Positions 63,174 to 64,000 of a stretch of 64,000 nt of DNA are shown piece by piece. Below the pieces are notes generated by a model. It searched no databases and was not told where the DNA came from. It saw only the letters and a list, made by a program, of their open reading frames with translations. The stretch is from IMG/VR virus record IMGVR_UViG_3300037524_000450, positions 18,784 to 82,783 of that record. The stretch is one strand, 5' to 3'. Numbering within the stretch: the first letter of the stretch is position 1; the number at the start of each line of letters is the position of its first letter. Source of the stretch: a virus. Taxonomy: Duplodnaviria > Caudoviricetes. The translations under genes and the position numbers were made by a program.

Positions 63174-63359
63174 ATGAACAAGAAGGAGTATATGCGCTTC
63201 CAGCAAGAGTCCAGCCTCCGGAGCCGGGACGAGGCATATACCCGTGAGCTTAATCGCACTCGGGGTAACGCCCGTAGTGCGGTTAGAGCTTGGTGCCAGG
63301 GGCACAAGTTTGCGGAAGAGAATGCGCGGGCTGTTGGTAACTGGCCCAGAGAGAGGTAG
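63174..63359 (+). CDS. small basic hypothetical protein
   Basis: GGGAG RBS. MNKKEYMRFQQE... Confidence 0.55.
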   Translation: MNKKEYMRFQQESSLRSRDEAYTRELNRTRGNARSAVRAWCQGHKFAEENARAVGNWPRER

Positions 63360-63361
63360 TT

Positions 63362-64000
63362 ATGAGCAAGTGTACGTTCCTCTGGTTGGCTGACAACCTG
63401 GATTTCTTGCGGACGCAAGTCTATCCAGACTCAGTTGATCTCATCTACATTGACCCTCCGTTCAACTCGAAGCGGAACTACAACATCATCTTCAAGACGG
63501 AAACCAACACCACCGAGCAGGCGTTCTCCGACATTTGGAGCAACGTGACCTACCTGGAGGAGTTGGATGAGATTAACGGGATTAACCCACAGCTTTACTC
63601 TTTCTTGAAGCTGTTGGAGTCCACAGGACTTCCCCCGTCTTATCTTTCCTACTTGACCCACATGGCGATACGTTGTTTCTACATGCGCCGTGCCCTACGT
63701 GACACCGGCTCATTCTATTACCATTGTGACCCCACCATGAGTCACTACATCAAAATCATGTTGGACTACATCTTTGGTAAAGAGAACTTTAGGAATGAGG
63801 TGGTTTGGTGTTACACGGGTCCAAGTAACGTAAAGAAAAATTTCCCCAGAAAGCACGATGTAGTTTTTTACTATACTAAAACAGATGCTGCCCCATTAAA
63901 TATTGACGCTGTACGTGTTTCCTACAAAGCGGCTTCGTTTACACTGGGGGGGAAGAACAGCCTTGCCAGAAAGAATGCTAGTGAAGAAGCTACTTGTAAA
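63362..64000 (+). CDS. N6-adenine/N4-cytosine DNA methyltransferase, truncated by the window end
   Basis: ADNLDFL...SVDLIYIDPPFNS, GSFYYHCD...HYIKIMLDYIFGKENFRNEVVWCY and KHD. Confidence 0.92.
   Translation, partial: MSKCTFLWLADNLDFLRTQVYPDSVDLIYIDPPFNSKRNYNIIFKTETNTTEQAFSDIWSNVTYLEELDEINGINPQLYSFLKLLESTGLPPSYLSYLTHMAIRCFYMRRALRDTGSFYYHCDPTMSHYIKIMLDYIFGKENFRNEVVWCYTGPSNVKKNFPRKHDVVFYYTKTDAAPLNIDAVRVSYKAASFTLGGKNSLARKNASEEATCK

Noticed and set aside
1-64000. CRISPR array, tRNA or rRNA genes
   Set aside because: No regularly spaced repeat-spacer array and no cloverleaf with T-loop/anticodon geometry was seen. GTTCG-like hits lie in ORFs or non-tRNA hairpins. tRNAscan-SE and a CRISPR finder would be needed to be certain.

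Overview
Fragment of a large lytic dsDNA phage genome with a contractile tail (T4-superfamily/jumbo-like myovirus), read in standard code 11. 1-35.8 kb is an AT-rich late block on the + strand: sheath, tube, tail chaperones, tape measure, hub/spike/wedge baseplate genes, a 1344-aa beta-helix protein, repeat-rich fibre proteins, a 1.7k-aa NHL-propeller protein, and amidase endolysin plus holin-like genes. 36-43.8 kb holds a metallophosphoesterase, HU, an apparently split UvsW-type helicase, a DnaB-like helicase and a primase, driven by consensus sigma70 promoters. A single minus-strand gene (43.8-45.9 kb) encodes a basic, modular protein that may be proteolytically processed. A non-coding switch region at ~45.95-46.5 kb contains octamer repeats, a perfect G-quadruplex motif and alternative RNA structures. 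It precedes an abruptly GC-rich block of small early-type genes separated by a covarying RNA hairpin motif. Further on are many small hypotheticals, a type IV pilin-like gene, a CobS/CobT-like (AAA+/vWA) pair and a truncated DNA methyltransferase. No tRNA, rRNA, CRISPR array, integrase, transposase or reverse transcriptase was recognised. All family assignments are by eye from motifs, with no database search.
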